A stretch of DNA of 63,865 nt from Octopus bimaculoides. Taxonomy: Eukaryota. Below, in pieces: positions 1-12,958 of the stretch (position 1 is its first letter; every line of letters starts with the position of its first letter). The position numbers and the translations under genes are program-made. The notes beneath the pieces were generated by a model. That model ran no database searches. It saw only the letters and a list, made by a program, of their open reading frames with translations, and was not told where the DNA came from. The DNA lies in NCBI RefSeq assembly GCF_001194135.2, contig NC_068985.1, positions 29,279,268 to 29,343,132 of the forward strand, in the 5' to 3' direction.

Positions 1-109
1 CACACACACACACACACACACTCAAGAAGACCTGCCCACCACAACAGAATTGATATTTAAAATCTGAGGTCCCATGTAAAAATTCAGTGATGTTGGTTCC
101 AGGTAAACA

Positions 110-306
110 ACACTGGTGATGGTGCCATGTAAAAAGCACCTAGTACAGTCTGTAAAATGGCTGGCATTAGGAGGGCATCCAGCTGTAGAAACTTAGCCAA
201 GGCAGTCTATGGAACCTGGTATAAACCCCCACCTTACCAGCTCCTGTCAAGCTGTCCAACCAATATCAGCGTTGAAAAACAAACATTAAATGATGATGAT
301 GATGAT
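110..306 (+). mobile_element. SINE family A 3' body (AGGAAGGGCATCCAGCTGTAGAAAC core, (GAT)n tail)
   Basis: Core motif and tail recur more than 15 times in the window. Confidence 0.8.
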
Positions 307-481
307 ATAGAGAGTTATTCATTTCCAATGGTCTCTGAAAACATGTCTGGCCATAGGGAAATATTAGTTTTGGCCATAGAAAACCTTCCTCATTTAAAGT
401 CCATTTGACTCATGCAAGCATGGAGAGGTGTACGTTAAAACAATGACAGCAGTATGACATATGAAATCTTTCAATACTCAC

Positions 482-602
482 TTGATCTACTAATATAACA
501 GCCGCTGATAGAATTTCTCTCCATCGTTCTAGTTCACTTTCATGTAATACTTGTTGTTGTTTTAACAGCTCAGCCCACTCTTCCTGATTCTGTGGGTAAT
601 TA
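482..602 (-). CDS. GRAMD1: GRAMD1/Aster penultimate exon: luminal coiled coil (D-NYPQNQEEWAELLKQQQVLHESELERWREILSAAVILVDQ)
   Basis: attgcag acceptor, CAA|gtgagt donor, 121 nt, phase 2 to 0. Matches PQ.Q.EWA.LL..QQ..H..EL..WREI....V.L.DQ. The terminal exon is left of the window. Confidence 0.96.
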
Positions 603-699
603 CTGCAATAACAATGAGAATAATATAATAAAACGCTGAGGCAAAACATTCAGACTTTACATGCATTATACTGTCAGTGTCCAAACTAACAGTGTGCTG

Positions 700-1262
700 G
701 TTCAAAGCAGCCTATTTTATTTTTGTATTAATTGTTTTTTAAGTGGGGTTCTAGGAGTTCTGTGTATAAGCAACTACATTCTAGATGTGGGAGCAGTTAT
801 CTATTGAGTTTTACCTGTGCTTTGTAGAGAGTTAATAGTTGTTGGAGGTCGAAGTACTTGGAAACGATGAAAATGTTGACTCATCTTTACGATGAAGTCT
901 GTGTTTGAGGGAGTGTATTAATCAGGAGAGATCGTTAATGATAGTAAAGTTTGACATTTTTAGCAACCTAAAGGGTTCTAATTATATGGTAAACATGTTT
1001 AGGAGGTTGCAATAATCTTTAATGATATGTGTGTTGATTGTATCTTTTTGCTAGGAATAAAACAAGATTGGCAGGACACCAATGGAGGAAGTTTCCAGGA
1101 TCTTCTGTTCATGGAGTCAGTGCAGATTTGATGTGAAGTGGCTAGGTTACAAATGGATGATGTCTGGATGCAGAAGGGTAGGTAAGAATGAAGTGTTGTA
1201 TCATATTACAATTCTATGAGATGAAAATGTAAATGCAGCTTCACTGTCACCAGAGTTTCTTT
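700..1262 (-). mobile_element. Decayed non-LTR retrotransposon (CR1/L2/Jockey group), post-RT region
   Basis: The minus strand translates SKYFDLQQLLTLYKAQV..., like the LLTLYKAQVRP.MEYCSH motif; multiple stops. Confidence 0.6.
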
Positions 1263-2039
1263 AAAAATATGCATACAAGGGTATAATAATGAGCATAGTG
1301 TTTTTATATATGTTTATATATATATATATATTTGTCCAAAATCACGCAGGAGTGAATGGTGAATGGAGAGGAGAGAAAATAGTAATTCAGTGAAGGAGAA
1401 GTAGTGAGAGTAATAGCCATCACTGAGAGAAAGTAGTAGCAATGAGAGAGAGGAAGTGGCAAAGAGTGCGTTGTGTATCTTCTACTATAATAATCTTACT
1501 ATAATAATAATAATACTCTTGTGTATTTTTCTGTTACAACATACGAATGAGAAAGGAAGGGGTGATCCACCGATGGAAGTGGGATGGTGAAAACTCAACG
1601 GTGAAATAAAAATCAAACAGCGCTTCAACTCTGTGTGAGTATATGTGTGAGGAATGTGAATGTTTGTGCAAAATATATTTATGTATTTGAGTGAGTGTAT
1701 GTGTTTGTTTATTTAGAAAGATACATAGAAAATAGAATTACAGACACATGTGCATTTTCACATACATATATATATATGTTGAGACACACTTAAAAAGGAA
1801 GGAGGCAGGCTGTGACAAAGTATAGAAAACCATGTTCGCTACAGACTATGCTACTCATACATATAAATGTATACATATGCACACACACACACACACAGAG
1901 TTGAAGCACTGTTTGATTTTTTTCACCTTTCTGTACCCTTTTTATATATAAAATACTGCAATTAGCCATCATTTTTGATGGCACGGGGCCAGCTGGTACA
2001 TATAAAATTTTCATATAATTGTAAAACATATATTGGCAG

Positions 2040-2072
<33 letters not shown>

Positions 2073-2099
2073 GTGTACTGTTTATTTATTGCCATTTGT

Positions 2100-2950
2100 T
2101 TAACAAATGCAGTCCTTTTGTGTGTGGCAAGTTAGGTCTGATAATTTGATGTTAGTGGTGGAGTGAAAGCTCATAAAGTGCTTGCTAGTGAATGTACATC
2201 AAACTAAGCACAACCATATATATTTTATCAAATATTTCCAAAAACAGCTGCAGTTGTTCAGATACAAGTTTCTGTAAATGTGTAGGCATTATTGCAAGTG
2301 ACAGTAAGTGGATCATTGATGTATAAGAGGAAGAGCATGGGGGCCAAAATTGATAGGGTGTCAGAAAGAACTTTATCAGAACACATAGCCTTTGAAAGAA
2401 AACCACCAGTCCATCAGGTGAAAAGTGGATGGGGGCAAAGGATAGAAGTTTGATAGGATATTTACAAGCCTAAAAAGGCTAAAAATTTTGTTGAAGTTGT
2501 AGGTAACAACACTACTATCTCTACATTGCTCAAGGATGAGATTTCACTTGTGAATAACACAGAACAGTAGATTTCCAGCAGTTGTGACAACATGTCAACT
2601 GTACTGATGGTGATTAAGACGGAAAGGAGGTTCAACAAGTTGGAGAAAGTTGTTTTTGATTGTTGTCTATTACTTTTGAGATACTGGAAATGAGTAGTGG
2701 GTAGGGTCACTGGGGTTAACTCCTTGGGAATGGGACATGTAAGAGTGTGCTGCCAAAGATCAGGACATATGCTTGCAGATAAAGAGAGAAAGATACATTG
2801 AAAAGTTTGGTGTGGGTAATAGAAAGGACATTGTCAAGATCATTGGACTCATTGGTTTGAACTGAGCAGAGAAACTTTCACAACATGGCATGTATGTATG
2901 CATGATGAAGTAGAAGAGGATAGTTTTGGAGGATGTTTATTGTGTATAGT
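2100..2950 (-). mobile_element. Decayed LINE reverse transcriptase fragment, probably the same element as 700-1262
   Basis: The minus strand translates SILAPMLFLLYIND at ~2305-2360, the degenerate PQGSILGPLLFLLYIND RT motif. Confidence 0.65.
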
Positions 2951-3272
2951 TTAAAGTCAGATGCAAAATGGGCAAAAAAAAGGAGATTCTGCAAAGTTAG
3001 GGAAGATTCTTTTGGCAAAGTACCAAAAGAATCAGATGTGAAGTAGTAGGGCTTTAAGAATGTACAGTTGTTTTGAAGAAGGAATATATCTCAGACAATG
3101 GTCTTAGCCATCTGCCTAACTACATTTGCTGGGGATAATTGACATCCACCTCTGAGAAAATTATTTAAAAAACAGGAAAAAAAAATTAAAAAATAATGTG
3201 TTGTGACACTTTATTTTAATATAGTGAAAAATAGAGAATCAAGTTTAAAATAATAATAAGTCATTAACTTAC

Positions 3273-3386
3273 TCTTTATTTTGAAGACCATTCTTTAAGT
3301 ATGGTAAATATATTGTGTTGGCATAACTTTCTAAAGACCATAGTTTATAAAACAATACTGCATTAAACATCACAAGCAATACCAAT
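3273..3386 (-). CDS. GRAMD1: GRAMD1/Aster exon: TM helix (LVLLVMFNAVLFYKLWSLESYANTIYLPYLKNGLQNK)
   Basis: atttcag acceptor, AAGA|gtaagt donor, 114 nt, phase 2 to 2. Contains the LVLLV..N..LFYKLW.LE hallmark of the GRAMD1 TM region. Confidence 0.97.
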
Positions 3387-3997
3387 CTGAAATAAAGGAA
3401 ATTTCACATAAAAACATCATTGATAAAACAGATGAGATAACAGATTTTAAGAAATATTTTTGTCCTGTTCACTGTAGAAACTAAAATGTCTTTCATACAA
3501 ACTTTATAACAGAATGGCAGTTCCTGCAGTTTAAAATGACACACTCTAACATGGCTATTACTAAAAATGTTGACTCATATCTTTAATTGACTACTCCATA
3601 CAAAAATCTATTCATGCAGAGCTGATTATGGATATCTGTTAACAACAGGTGTTGAAATATTTATTCTCTACCATTTTGAATATATATTTTCTGCTTCATT
3701 ATAATTTAGAAAGTTGTAGTGTTTAGTTCAATCATTCATTCTTTTAATGTCCTTTCTTTCTTCATGCAAATGTCAATTAGATGGGAACATATTTCAAACA
3801 GGATTTTACAGCTGGACAATGTTCTTGTAGCTAACCTTTACCTGCTTTTCAAGTAAGGGATTTTTCACTTCACAGGGGACCGAGACTTTGGGTAGTTCAC
3901 TGTACTTGAGAAGAAACATCAAGCTAAGTAAAAGCATGGTTGCCCTTGCATACAGGAATGTCCCCTTCATCACTCTCCAGCTGAGCATTCCTAATCT

Positions 3998-4244
3998 TGC
4001 AGGCACATGGGTGCTGGTACCATGTAAAAAGTACCTGTACTGGTGTCACATAAACATAACTGTGCTGGTACTGTGTCAAAGTACCCAGTACACTCTGTAA
4101 AGTGGCTGGTGTTAGGAAGGGCATCCAGCTATAGAAACCATGCCAAAACAGGCATGGAACCTAGGCAGCTCATCTGGCCAGTTCTTGTCAAACCATCCAA
4201 CCCATACCAGTATGGAAAACAGATGTTAAATGATGATGATGATG
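3998..4244 (+). mobile_element. SINE family A copy; an oppositely oriented decayed copy lies at ~3745-3860
   Basis: Core motif plus (GAT)n tail. Confidence 0.8.
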
Positions 4245-5785
4245 TCTTCAAAGGTGCAGTATGACCAGGCACAATGTCAACAAAGAATGTAATCATCATA
4301 TAAGTGTTTCACTCAAAAAAAGCCATGGGATGGTAACACTCATGCACATTTGCACTCATACTCATTGTCCATCAGGAGACTCTTACCTCTTTTTTCAGCA
4401 CATAAGAAGCATAGAAGAAATGTATTTACATTCTTATTTCACCTACAGCAAGGCTTTGCAATATTTAAATTTATTTCAGTTATTTTGATTCCTGTTACAT
4501 TGTGCATAAAATAGATGATGTTTAATTAATGACAAAGCACCAAAAGCACAAATATGTAAATTAAGGTATCCACAATGGTGCTAGCCTAATTTACAACTGC
4601 TTTATAAAGCAGCTGAATGTTCTGTGATATTTACTGGGGAAGGAAGTAGGGTATGTCTTCTTTGAGAAGTAATCAATAAAATGGTGAAACGGTTTCTTTT
4701 TTCTGTATATCAGAAGCAAGCAATGTATTTGCATAATTTCTTATTTCATCCACAGCGAAGCATCATAGTAGGTTGTAAACACACACAAAATGGGCTTCCT
4801 ACAGTTTCTATTAATCAATTTCACTTTCAAGTATTGGTCAGCCAACGGCTATAGTAGAAGATGCTTGCCTGCACCACAGCAGTGAAACTGAATCTGAAAC
4901 CATGTGGTTGCCAAGTAAATTTTGCAACCACATAGCCATAATAATGATAATAATAATGAAATTATTGTGTACAGTGCTCAGGTGCACTACAACTCATCAA
5001 AGGTGCATGTACAGTACGTAAAATTATGTACACAAACCAGGAAAGCGAACAGTGTATGAGTCATAATATACATGTGTGCATGTGTATATCTGCACCTTAT
5101 AGAACTTACAATTATTTGGCATTAAGGTGAAATTTTAGATTTGGAATCAATCTCTAAATTAATTCAAGTACAAAACTAAAGTGGTTGAATGGATATGATA
5201 TAGCCCTGTCAACTCATAGACCTAGAGTTCAACTTCATTACAGTTGTTCTGAGGCCTTTCACTAAATTCTTAGCATCTTAACTTACATAATTTACATGAA
5301 TAGGAACTAGGTGATTTAAAAATGTTATCTGCAATAAACTGAAGGCTTATTTAGCAAGAGATTTATTTATCTGCTTATCATCATAAAAACCTTTCATAAC
5401 CTGGAAGGCATATTTTTTTTTCTTTTTTATGTAATTAAGTAGAAATGTCAGGACTCTCTGAGTTGATTAATGGGATAGCAAGATGCTTATCTTAGCTAAA
5501 TCTCTGCATTCATCGCCAGCCCCAGCAAAAAAACATTAAGTTTCAAAAATATAACAAGACATAAAACTAATAAATCTTCATTTATAATGATAAAAAATGC
5601 TAGATATAAAGAGGCAACCAGTATTATATCCATTCATTCATTTTTCAATAATAAAAGTTAGTAATTTCTAATGTTCTATCTCTTATCTCTTTCATCTTTC
5701 TTTTTCTTTATCAGTATCTTTGAATATGATATTTTAAATTTTAATCTCATCACATCAAACGAAATTTCACCAGGGTGTTGTGTGA

Positions 5786-6393
5786 TAGCTACCGATAGTT
5801 TTATTTGATTTTCAAACAAGAAAACAATAATTTGATCTGTACAAAAAGTAAAACATCTTACTAATAATTTTACATTCCATGTGCACATGCCAGTAGGCAT
5901 TTGTATACATGCCTGGAGGTTATTTGTGCATATGTAAGAGTAAGTTGGAGAAAGATAGGCAGCTAATAAAATTGTTAATTTAAAGCCATTTCCTTTTGTT
6001 GTAAAAAAAAAAAAAGAAAACCAAGCTTCATAGGAAAGAATATAACTGGCTGAACGAGTACCAGTGCATTACTAGTACACATTTNNNNNNNNNNTAGCTA
6101 CCGATAGTTTTATTTGATTTTCAAACAAGAAAACAATAATTTGATCTGTACAAAAAGTAAAACATCTTACTAATAATTTTACATTCCATGTGCACATGCC
6201 AGTAGGCATTTGTATACATGCCTGGAGGTTATTTGTGCATATGTAAGAGTAAGTTGGAGAAAGATAGGCAGCTAATAAAATTGTTAATTTAAAGCCATTT
6301 CCTTTTGTTGTAAAAAAAAAAAAAGAAAACCAAGCTTCATAGGAAAGAATATAACTGGCTGAACGAGTACCAGTGCATTACTAGTACACATTT
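5786..6393. other. Exact 299-bp direct duplication (5786-6084 = 6095-6393) across a 10-N gap; assembly overlap artefact
   Basis: Identical copies abut the gap. Confidence 0.9.
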
Positions 6394-6552
6394 TATCGAT
6401 CTCAAAAGGATAAAAGACAAAACAGGGATTTTTAAAAAAAATGGAGCAGGGGCAGGGTGCTAATTGAAATTAATTCCCATTTCTTCCGCAGTTTTAACAA
6501 TTGATGATGAAGAAAGTATTTGGAAAACAATGGTAAATGCAACAATACTTAC

Positions 6553-6622
6553 ACAAAACAAACTATTCTGATCATTGTGTCAGCATTGAGTTTAATAATC
6601 TTTTCATCTTTTGATAACTGAC
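6553..6622 (-). CDS. GRAMD1: GRAMD1/Aster exon: juxtamembrane segment and start of the TM helix (S-QLSKDEKIIKLNADTMIRIVCF-V)
   Basis: gtttcag acceptor, TTGT|gtaagt donor, 70 nt, phase 1 to 2. Confidence 0.9.
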
Positions 6623-6928
6623 CTGAAACAACAGAATGAAATAGAGCAAATAGAACATAGTAGATAACAGAGCTAAACTAACTAAACTAATTAAGATTGC
6701 TTTTAATTTGTACTACTGAATACAGAAAGTAAATTAACTTAAGTGCACACGTGCACACACACACACACNNNNNNNNNNATGAAGCTTATATTTGACTGCA
6801 ACACCATTTTCAAGCAGCCAGTAGTTATTTCACAACAGAGTAACTGGCAGATTGCTCAATAATGAGCAATCAGCTCAATAACAGTCAAATGACAAGCTGA
6901 TAGAAAAATTACCTCCACTAAAGAAAGA

Positions 6929-6963
<35 letters not shown>

Positions 6964-6996
6964 NNNNNNNNNNNNNNNNNNNNNNNNNNNNNNNNN

Positions 6997-7051
<55 letters not shown>

Positions 7052-7059
7052 CGCATTGA

Positions 7060-7248
7060 GTTACTTTATACCCCACGATAGGTGAAGATCTGCGAAGTAG
7101 AAACAGTACTGTACTGTATATTTTTTTTAATTATTTTTATAATTTGTATATATTTTATTATAAATGCAAAACACCACCATGGAGGAATCAACATAAGCTT
7201 AAATAATAAACCATAATAGGTGAACTACAATATGGAGAGGGATTACTG
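7060..7248 (-). mobile_element. Tigger/pogo-like MITE fragment
   Basis: Minus strand reads TA-CAGTAATCCCTC at 7250-7237, and internal ccccacgataggtgaagatctgcgaagtag resembles Tigger-type subterminal sequence. Only one clear end. Confidence 0.45.
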
Positions 7249-7533
7249 TACCATGTTGAAAGTAACAGTACTCATAAAATCACAGCAATTACATGAAAAA
7301 TCAGGCCTGGTTAGTAGTTAAATAGGTAATCATCTAGAAAAATCTAAACACCACAATCTTTACTTTTAGTGATGATGCCTCATTTGAGAGACAACAATGG
7401 GGATTGCAACTAATACAAAAATGCAAAGAAGTAACAAAATGTATGAGAAATGAAAAAGACATGGAGGAATTTAAATTAAAGGATAAACGAAAGACAAGAA
7501 TCTGATTGGAAAATAAACCATTTTTTAACTTAC

Positions 7534-7719
7534 TTTTTGTAGGTGAGGAAGGAGTGACTGATTTTGCCTTTGACTTAGAATCGGTACCTGGTCGTTGTAC
7601 TGGAGTTTCAGATGTACTACCTATTTGCCGACGACGTTTGCGTACTTTTTTCTTTGTTACAGAATGACTACCTGAATGGTTCTGTTCCAATTTTTCAGAT
7701 TCTGCTTGCAATTCACAAG
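7534..7719 (-). CDS. GRAMD1: GRAMD1/Aster exon: end of the VASt helix plus polybasic linker (A-CELQAESEKL...KKKVRKRRR...SSPTK)
   Basis: catatag acceptor, AAAA|gtaagt donor, 186 nt, phase 1 to 1. In frame with both neighbours; a basic patch occupies the same place in vertebrate GRAMD1B. Confidence 0.9.
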
Positions 7720-10371
7720 CTATATGAATGGTTTAAAATAATTTGAATGCAAAAATAAATAGGTTTTTTCAAAAATTCAACGAAAAACTATTATACTCAA
7801 CAAAATGATTTTACAATTATCTTATAGAAAGAAATATTACAGAGGTTCAAACACACAAAAAGGTTACCATTACAAAAAATAGGTAAAACACCCAATAAAA
7901 AGTTAAGTCAACTGAAAATATTTTAAAGGGAATCAAAACATGTTTAGAAGATTAGACTTATTTTTTGAGAATAGTAAAATGTAAGATAAAGTGCATCTTA
8001 AAAGTTTCTTTAACAGAATAATGCATGAGGAAAAAAAAATGGAATTTTCAAAATGCACATCAATTTGTAAAAAGGAAAAGCGATGTTTAATTTAATTTGT
8101 TTCTTAATTCTTTTTAAGAATCAATTATTATTAATTTTTNNNNNNNNNNNNNNNNNNNNNNNNNNNNNNNNNNNNNNNNNNNNNNNNNNNNNNNNNNNNN
8201 NNNNNNNNNNNNNNNNNNNNNNNNNNNNNNNNNTATATATATAGCATATTTTTACTTGTGAAGAACAAAAGCTGCATATAGAAAATGAAAATTGTTCCTA
8301 AAACTACTTGTTTATCATCTGTGTAAAAATATTGGTAGCACACCTGCCTTTTACTCAACTGGATGTTCACAAATACTGGTACACTATTAGCTTCCAATTG
8401 AAGGCCTTAGGAAAGATGGTAGAACATAGGGTACTGGCATATTGCCATACTAAATATATGTTTAATAGGTAAACAATAACAATAAGAATTAAACAGTCAC
8501 AATGAGTGTCAGAACTTCTCATCATAAGATAATTGCAAAAATCAATTATTCTGACTAATCATGAGTTACGACACTGTTTGGAGATGAGTGAGTAATCAAA
8601 TGGATTTTGTTCTAGAAATACTTAGCATATTGAAACAATAGCTCTATTACACTATATCAGACATAGATTAAATTATATTCTAACAGAATCATGGTTTATG
8701 TCAAAGGAGAAAGAAGCATGCTTCAATGCTACTGCTGCTGTTGATGCTGATGATGATGATGATGATGATGCCAATGACAATGGTTATAAGTGGTTTTCTT
8801 TCATCAAGTCCAACATTTACAAACAAAGTTATGTTGGCTTGATTTGAATCTTCAAATCAAATTGCTTTAAAGCTATATTGCAACATCTACTTGATTTAAT
8901 ATTCAAGTGTGTTTCACATGAGCAGCAAATTATTGTAAATACTCCTGAGATGCTTTAGAATTGATCAATGCTATAACTGATCAATACACAATGTACCTAA
9001 GATCATAGGTTATTATCAATCAATACATTTCCATACAACACTCTCAGAACCTGGGAAAATAACAAGTAGCTTTAAGTATTGATGAGATGGACATTTGCAC
9101 TAAATGTCATGCTGAAGACTTTTTCATGCATATGCATGTCTGTAGTGTGTGTGTGCATATAAACTTAAAATAGTTTCCAAGAAATATGAGAATTCATTTT
9201 TTCAAGCATCTTATTCGTTTCCCATCTGTCCAGTCTGCTGATTGCATGCACTGAGTATTGTCAATGATGTCAACAAACATTTGCAATTGTCCAGTTATCT
9301 TTATTACAACAAACATTTACAGTTGTCTTACGATAAGTTGCAGGTTAAGATTTAGGGTTATTGTACACTTAAAAAGCTTTATCAATTCACAACAATGTTT
9401 GTTGTAACGCTTCTATTACAGGCAGGAGAAGAATAAGAAAAGAGGGGTGTGGGTAAAAGCAGAGAAAAGATGGGATAAGAAAGCTGAAGTAAATGATGAA
9501 GAAGATGAAGGAAATTAATGTAATGAACATAAATGGATAAAAAACAAGAAAGTTAATTTCCCTTGTATACAAGTAAGTATACTCTTAGGCAAGTATGCAT
9601 AAACATATGAACACATAGACATACAATGACACAAAAATGGTAAGGATAATTATAAGGCTTTTTCTTCATTAATTTGTTTTACATGAATGTCTTCTTTTGG
9701 CCCATGTTAAATTATTTCACATGTTCAGGCCACTATGCACAAACAGTTGTGATCTCTTGCACATGAAGGGAAGTCTAGAGTCACTTGTTATCAGTGTATG
9801 ATAAAAGAAATATCAGATTCTTCCAGTTGCTTGTATAACACTGATCAACATTAGGGAAAGAAAACAGTGAACCCAAAATAAAGAAATGAAAGGTGGATGA
9901 AAATTTACGATTGGAGTAAAGTTATCAAGAGCTGCAGGTGAAATGATTATATTCAGTTATGTTACTCCTAGGATATTTTAAATATATACAAAAGAGAGGG
10001 TCATTTGATAAACCTTATTTTAACTTACTCGTCTGCTCCATGAGCCAGTTCGTTTACCTTTAGGAAAGGGAATCCAAACTTGAGTCTTTGAGTCAATAGT
10101 TTAATCTCCAATGTAGTGGAATATTAATGCCATATATCTATGACTGCAATGTCTGGGGAAATCCATTTAGACTTAAGGACTCTTATGTAAGATAATATGA
10201 TAAACTGAATATAAAAAAATTCCCATGTTTTACAATGATATTCAAATTTTAAAGGCTACAATCCTTCGATGAGTTAAGTGACCCCTATTCTATTATTCCA
10301 AACTATGCACATACATACAAACATTAGAAAACAAAAAGAAAAGCCTTTAAATTTAAAATGGCATCACTTAC

Positions 10372-10425
10372 CTAATGAATGAAAATATTCTGAACAACCA
10401 TGAGCAGCATTTTTCTCAATTATAT
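10372..10425 (-). CDS. GRAMD1: GRAMD1/Aster exon: VASt C-terminal helix (N-IIEKNAAHGCSEYFHSL)
   Basis: ctttttag acceptor, TAG|gtaagt donor, 54 nt, phase 1 to 1. Matches the family motif IEKN...G..xYF..L. Confidence 0.95.
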
Positions 10426-11718
10426 CTAAAAAGAGAATTAAAATCACATAAGTAAATACACACACAAACATTGACACGGATGATGTGTAGTATATATAAG
10501 TGAAATTTCTAACATAATATAATAAATGATAAGAACAGAAATGAGCAGAGAAAGATGTGTAATGAAGTAGATAGATCAGTCTTTATTATAAAGATATAAC
10601 TGATAAAAAAGTTGATATTACAGATTTACTGAGTTAGTAGGGGTGAAAGGGCTCATCAACATTACTTGTCAAGAAGGGGTAGATGGAGATTCCAGGTATT
10701 CAGTAACCATCATCAGAATTATATCTTATGTTAGACCATTAGTTACAGGTGAATGGACATTAATGGAATGGTCTTCCCTGTCCATTATAAAATGAATATA
10801 TGGAAGAATATTTTCAGCAAAAATATTCACTTTACAGAGGCTAATGTGTTAAGTGAACTTAACTACAATCGGTATTCCAGCTGCAGATACCTGTCATATA
10901 AACCATTTTATTAACTACCCACTTCACAAATATATACTTATATTGTACAATAAACCTAAGTGCAGGAACAGCCTTGGCTCCCCAAACAATATTTTACACA
11001 ATGCTGCTGGCATGATGTTCTGGCTGCTGCAAATAACTGACTTTTATGTGCAGCTTAATAGCAAACATTGCTGAGTAATACAGTGACTAGAAAATGTCTG
11101 TACTGCTTTGTTTGAAACAGCCATTTCTAAGAGAGAGATGGAGAACATATATACATGGAAGAAAGTGAACTCAATAAAGGAAGAACTATAAACACTTTAA
11201 TAATATCAGTTCTGTATATAACAATACAAAAAGAAAATATCCAAATGAAATAAAATTTATGTAACAATAGAAATTCTATTTTTCTGAAAAGTCAGATTTT
11301 TACAGTAATATTACATTTTCTAACATTCTGAACAGTGACTAGCGATAGACATTTCAATAAAAATTTTATTTGAATTTTTATCATCTAAATTTCACATTTC
11401 CAATGAGTGTGTAGTATTCTCTATAGTACAGCACAAAAGTTAAACATACACAAAGCAGCTATTTCTGACTTTAACCCATAGTATACTGTCAAACAAAAGT
11501 AGCTGAATATTGTTGATTAAGCAGATCTATGATAAAAAGTTATTTTGAGCAAGTAACCACTTGAGGGCTTCCCAGTGCTGAATGCCTTTTTTTTTACATA
11601 AGTTATCTTTTGTTTTCTTTGTGTGCACACATGCATTTGTGCTTAGGTGGAGGGAGGGAATTTCCTATTGCAATTTTAGGGTAGAAATGATGGATAATAG
11701 AGTATTAGTATAGTTAAC

Positions 11719-12096
11719 GTGGAGGCACAATGGCCCAGTGGTTAGGGCAGCGGACTCACGGTCATAGGATCGCGGTTTCGATTCCCAGACCGGGTGTTGT
11801 GAGTGTTTATTGAGCGAAAACACCTAAAGCTCCACGAGGCTCCGGCAGGGGACGGTGGCGAACCCTGCTGTACTCTTTCACCACAACTTTCTCTCACTCT
11901 TACTTCCTGTTTCTGTTGTGCCTGTAATTCAAAGGGTCACACTGTGTCACGCTGAATCTTCCCCGAGAACTACGTTAAGGGTACACGTGTCTGTGGAGTG
12001 TTCAGCCACTTGCACGTTAATTTCATGAACAGGCTGTTCCATTGATCAGATCAACTGGAACCCTCGACGTCATAAGCGACGGAGTGCCAACAACAA
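11719..12096 (+). mobile_element. Young full-length tRNA-derived SINE (resembles octopus OR-type) with 12-bp target site duplication
   Basis: A-box TGGCCCAGTGG, B-box GGTTTCGATTCC, CpGs retained, (CAA)n tail. AGTATAGTTAAC is repeated at 11707-11718 and 12097-12108. A decayed 3' part of the same family is at ~46660-46820. Confidence 0.9.
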
Positions 12097-12833
12097 AGTA
12101 TAGTTAACATGGATGGAATAATGTTTGATAGTAATACAGACCTTATTACTAAAAGGAGAAAGAATTATACAGTAAAACTTTGAAATAACAAAGCCTGATA
12201 TTGTAATGATAGAAGAGATAGAGTAAAGATATGAAATGATAATATATTGTCAAGACAATTTCCAGTGACAGCAAGTTTGTCGATCAGGATAGATTTCTTC
12301 CAAATGCAACCTAAAATACCAAATCTTAAAAATCATTAGTATAATGAGAAATATACCATTGTAGGGTATATTTAAATGCTAAATATACCAGGTGGATGGT
12401 AGAATCAGAACAGTGCCAGACAAAATACTTTGGGGCATTGAGTTACATCCCTTTATGTTCTGAGTTTAAATCCCACCTTGATCCACTTTGTCATTAAAAT
12501 AAGTACAAGAGTCAGAGTAATCAGCTATACCATAAAAGGGTTATGCCCATGTAAGGTTACAGTCCAATAAATGGGAAACCAGTCAAAGAATTATAAAACT
12601 GTAGGATCTTACAACTTATTCAGAGCTAATGTATGCTCTGAGAGAGAAAGCTAAGTCCTGAGTTGTTTCCTTATTATAATGAGGTAAAGCTCTTATTATT
12701 AGGTCAGGTTTGGAAGGAAATAGCAATCAGAAACTGGATTCCTTGGTAATGTAAGACATTTAGCTGACCTTGAAATATTACAAGTATTTTTATTAACCCT
12801 AGAAAAGAGGTCAAGTTAAATGTATAAACAATG

Positions 12834-12837
12834 ACTA

Positions 12838-12887
<50 letters not shown>

Positions 12888-12915
12888 TTACTACTACTAC
12901 TACTACTACTACTAT

Positions 12916-12956
<41 letters not shown>

Positions 12957-12958
12957 TT
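12834..12958. repeat. (TAC)n microsatellite
   Basis: About 40 near-perfect units. Another is at ~37285-37346. (CA)n, (TA)n and (GAT)n tracts occur throughout, e.g. 1-21 and 62827-62881. Confidence 0.97.

Noticed and set aside
157-408. Recurring short ORFs such as GRASSCRN...DDDD and SSSSFNV.FPCW
   Set aside because: They are translations of SINE family A and its (GAT)n/(CAT)n tail.
5786-6393. Apparent tandem duplication of ~300 bp
   Set aside because: Identical copies flank a 10-N gap, so this is an unmerged contig overlap rather than biology.
9422-9572. Plus-strand purine-rich segment between an AG and a gtaagt donor (QEKNKKRG...EDEGN*)
   Set aside because: Low-complexity purine tract with internal stops; no partner exons found.
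11719-11795. tRNA gene
   Set aside because: The tRNA-like head continues into a SINE body and tail with a TSD, and it has no proper acceptor stem.
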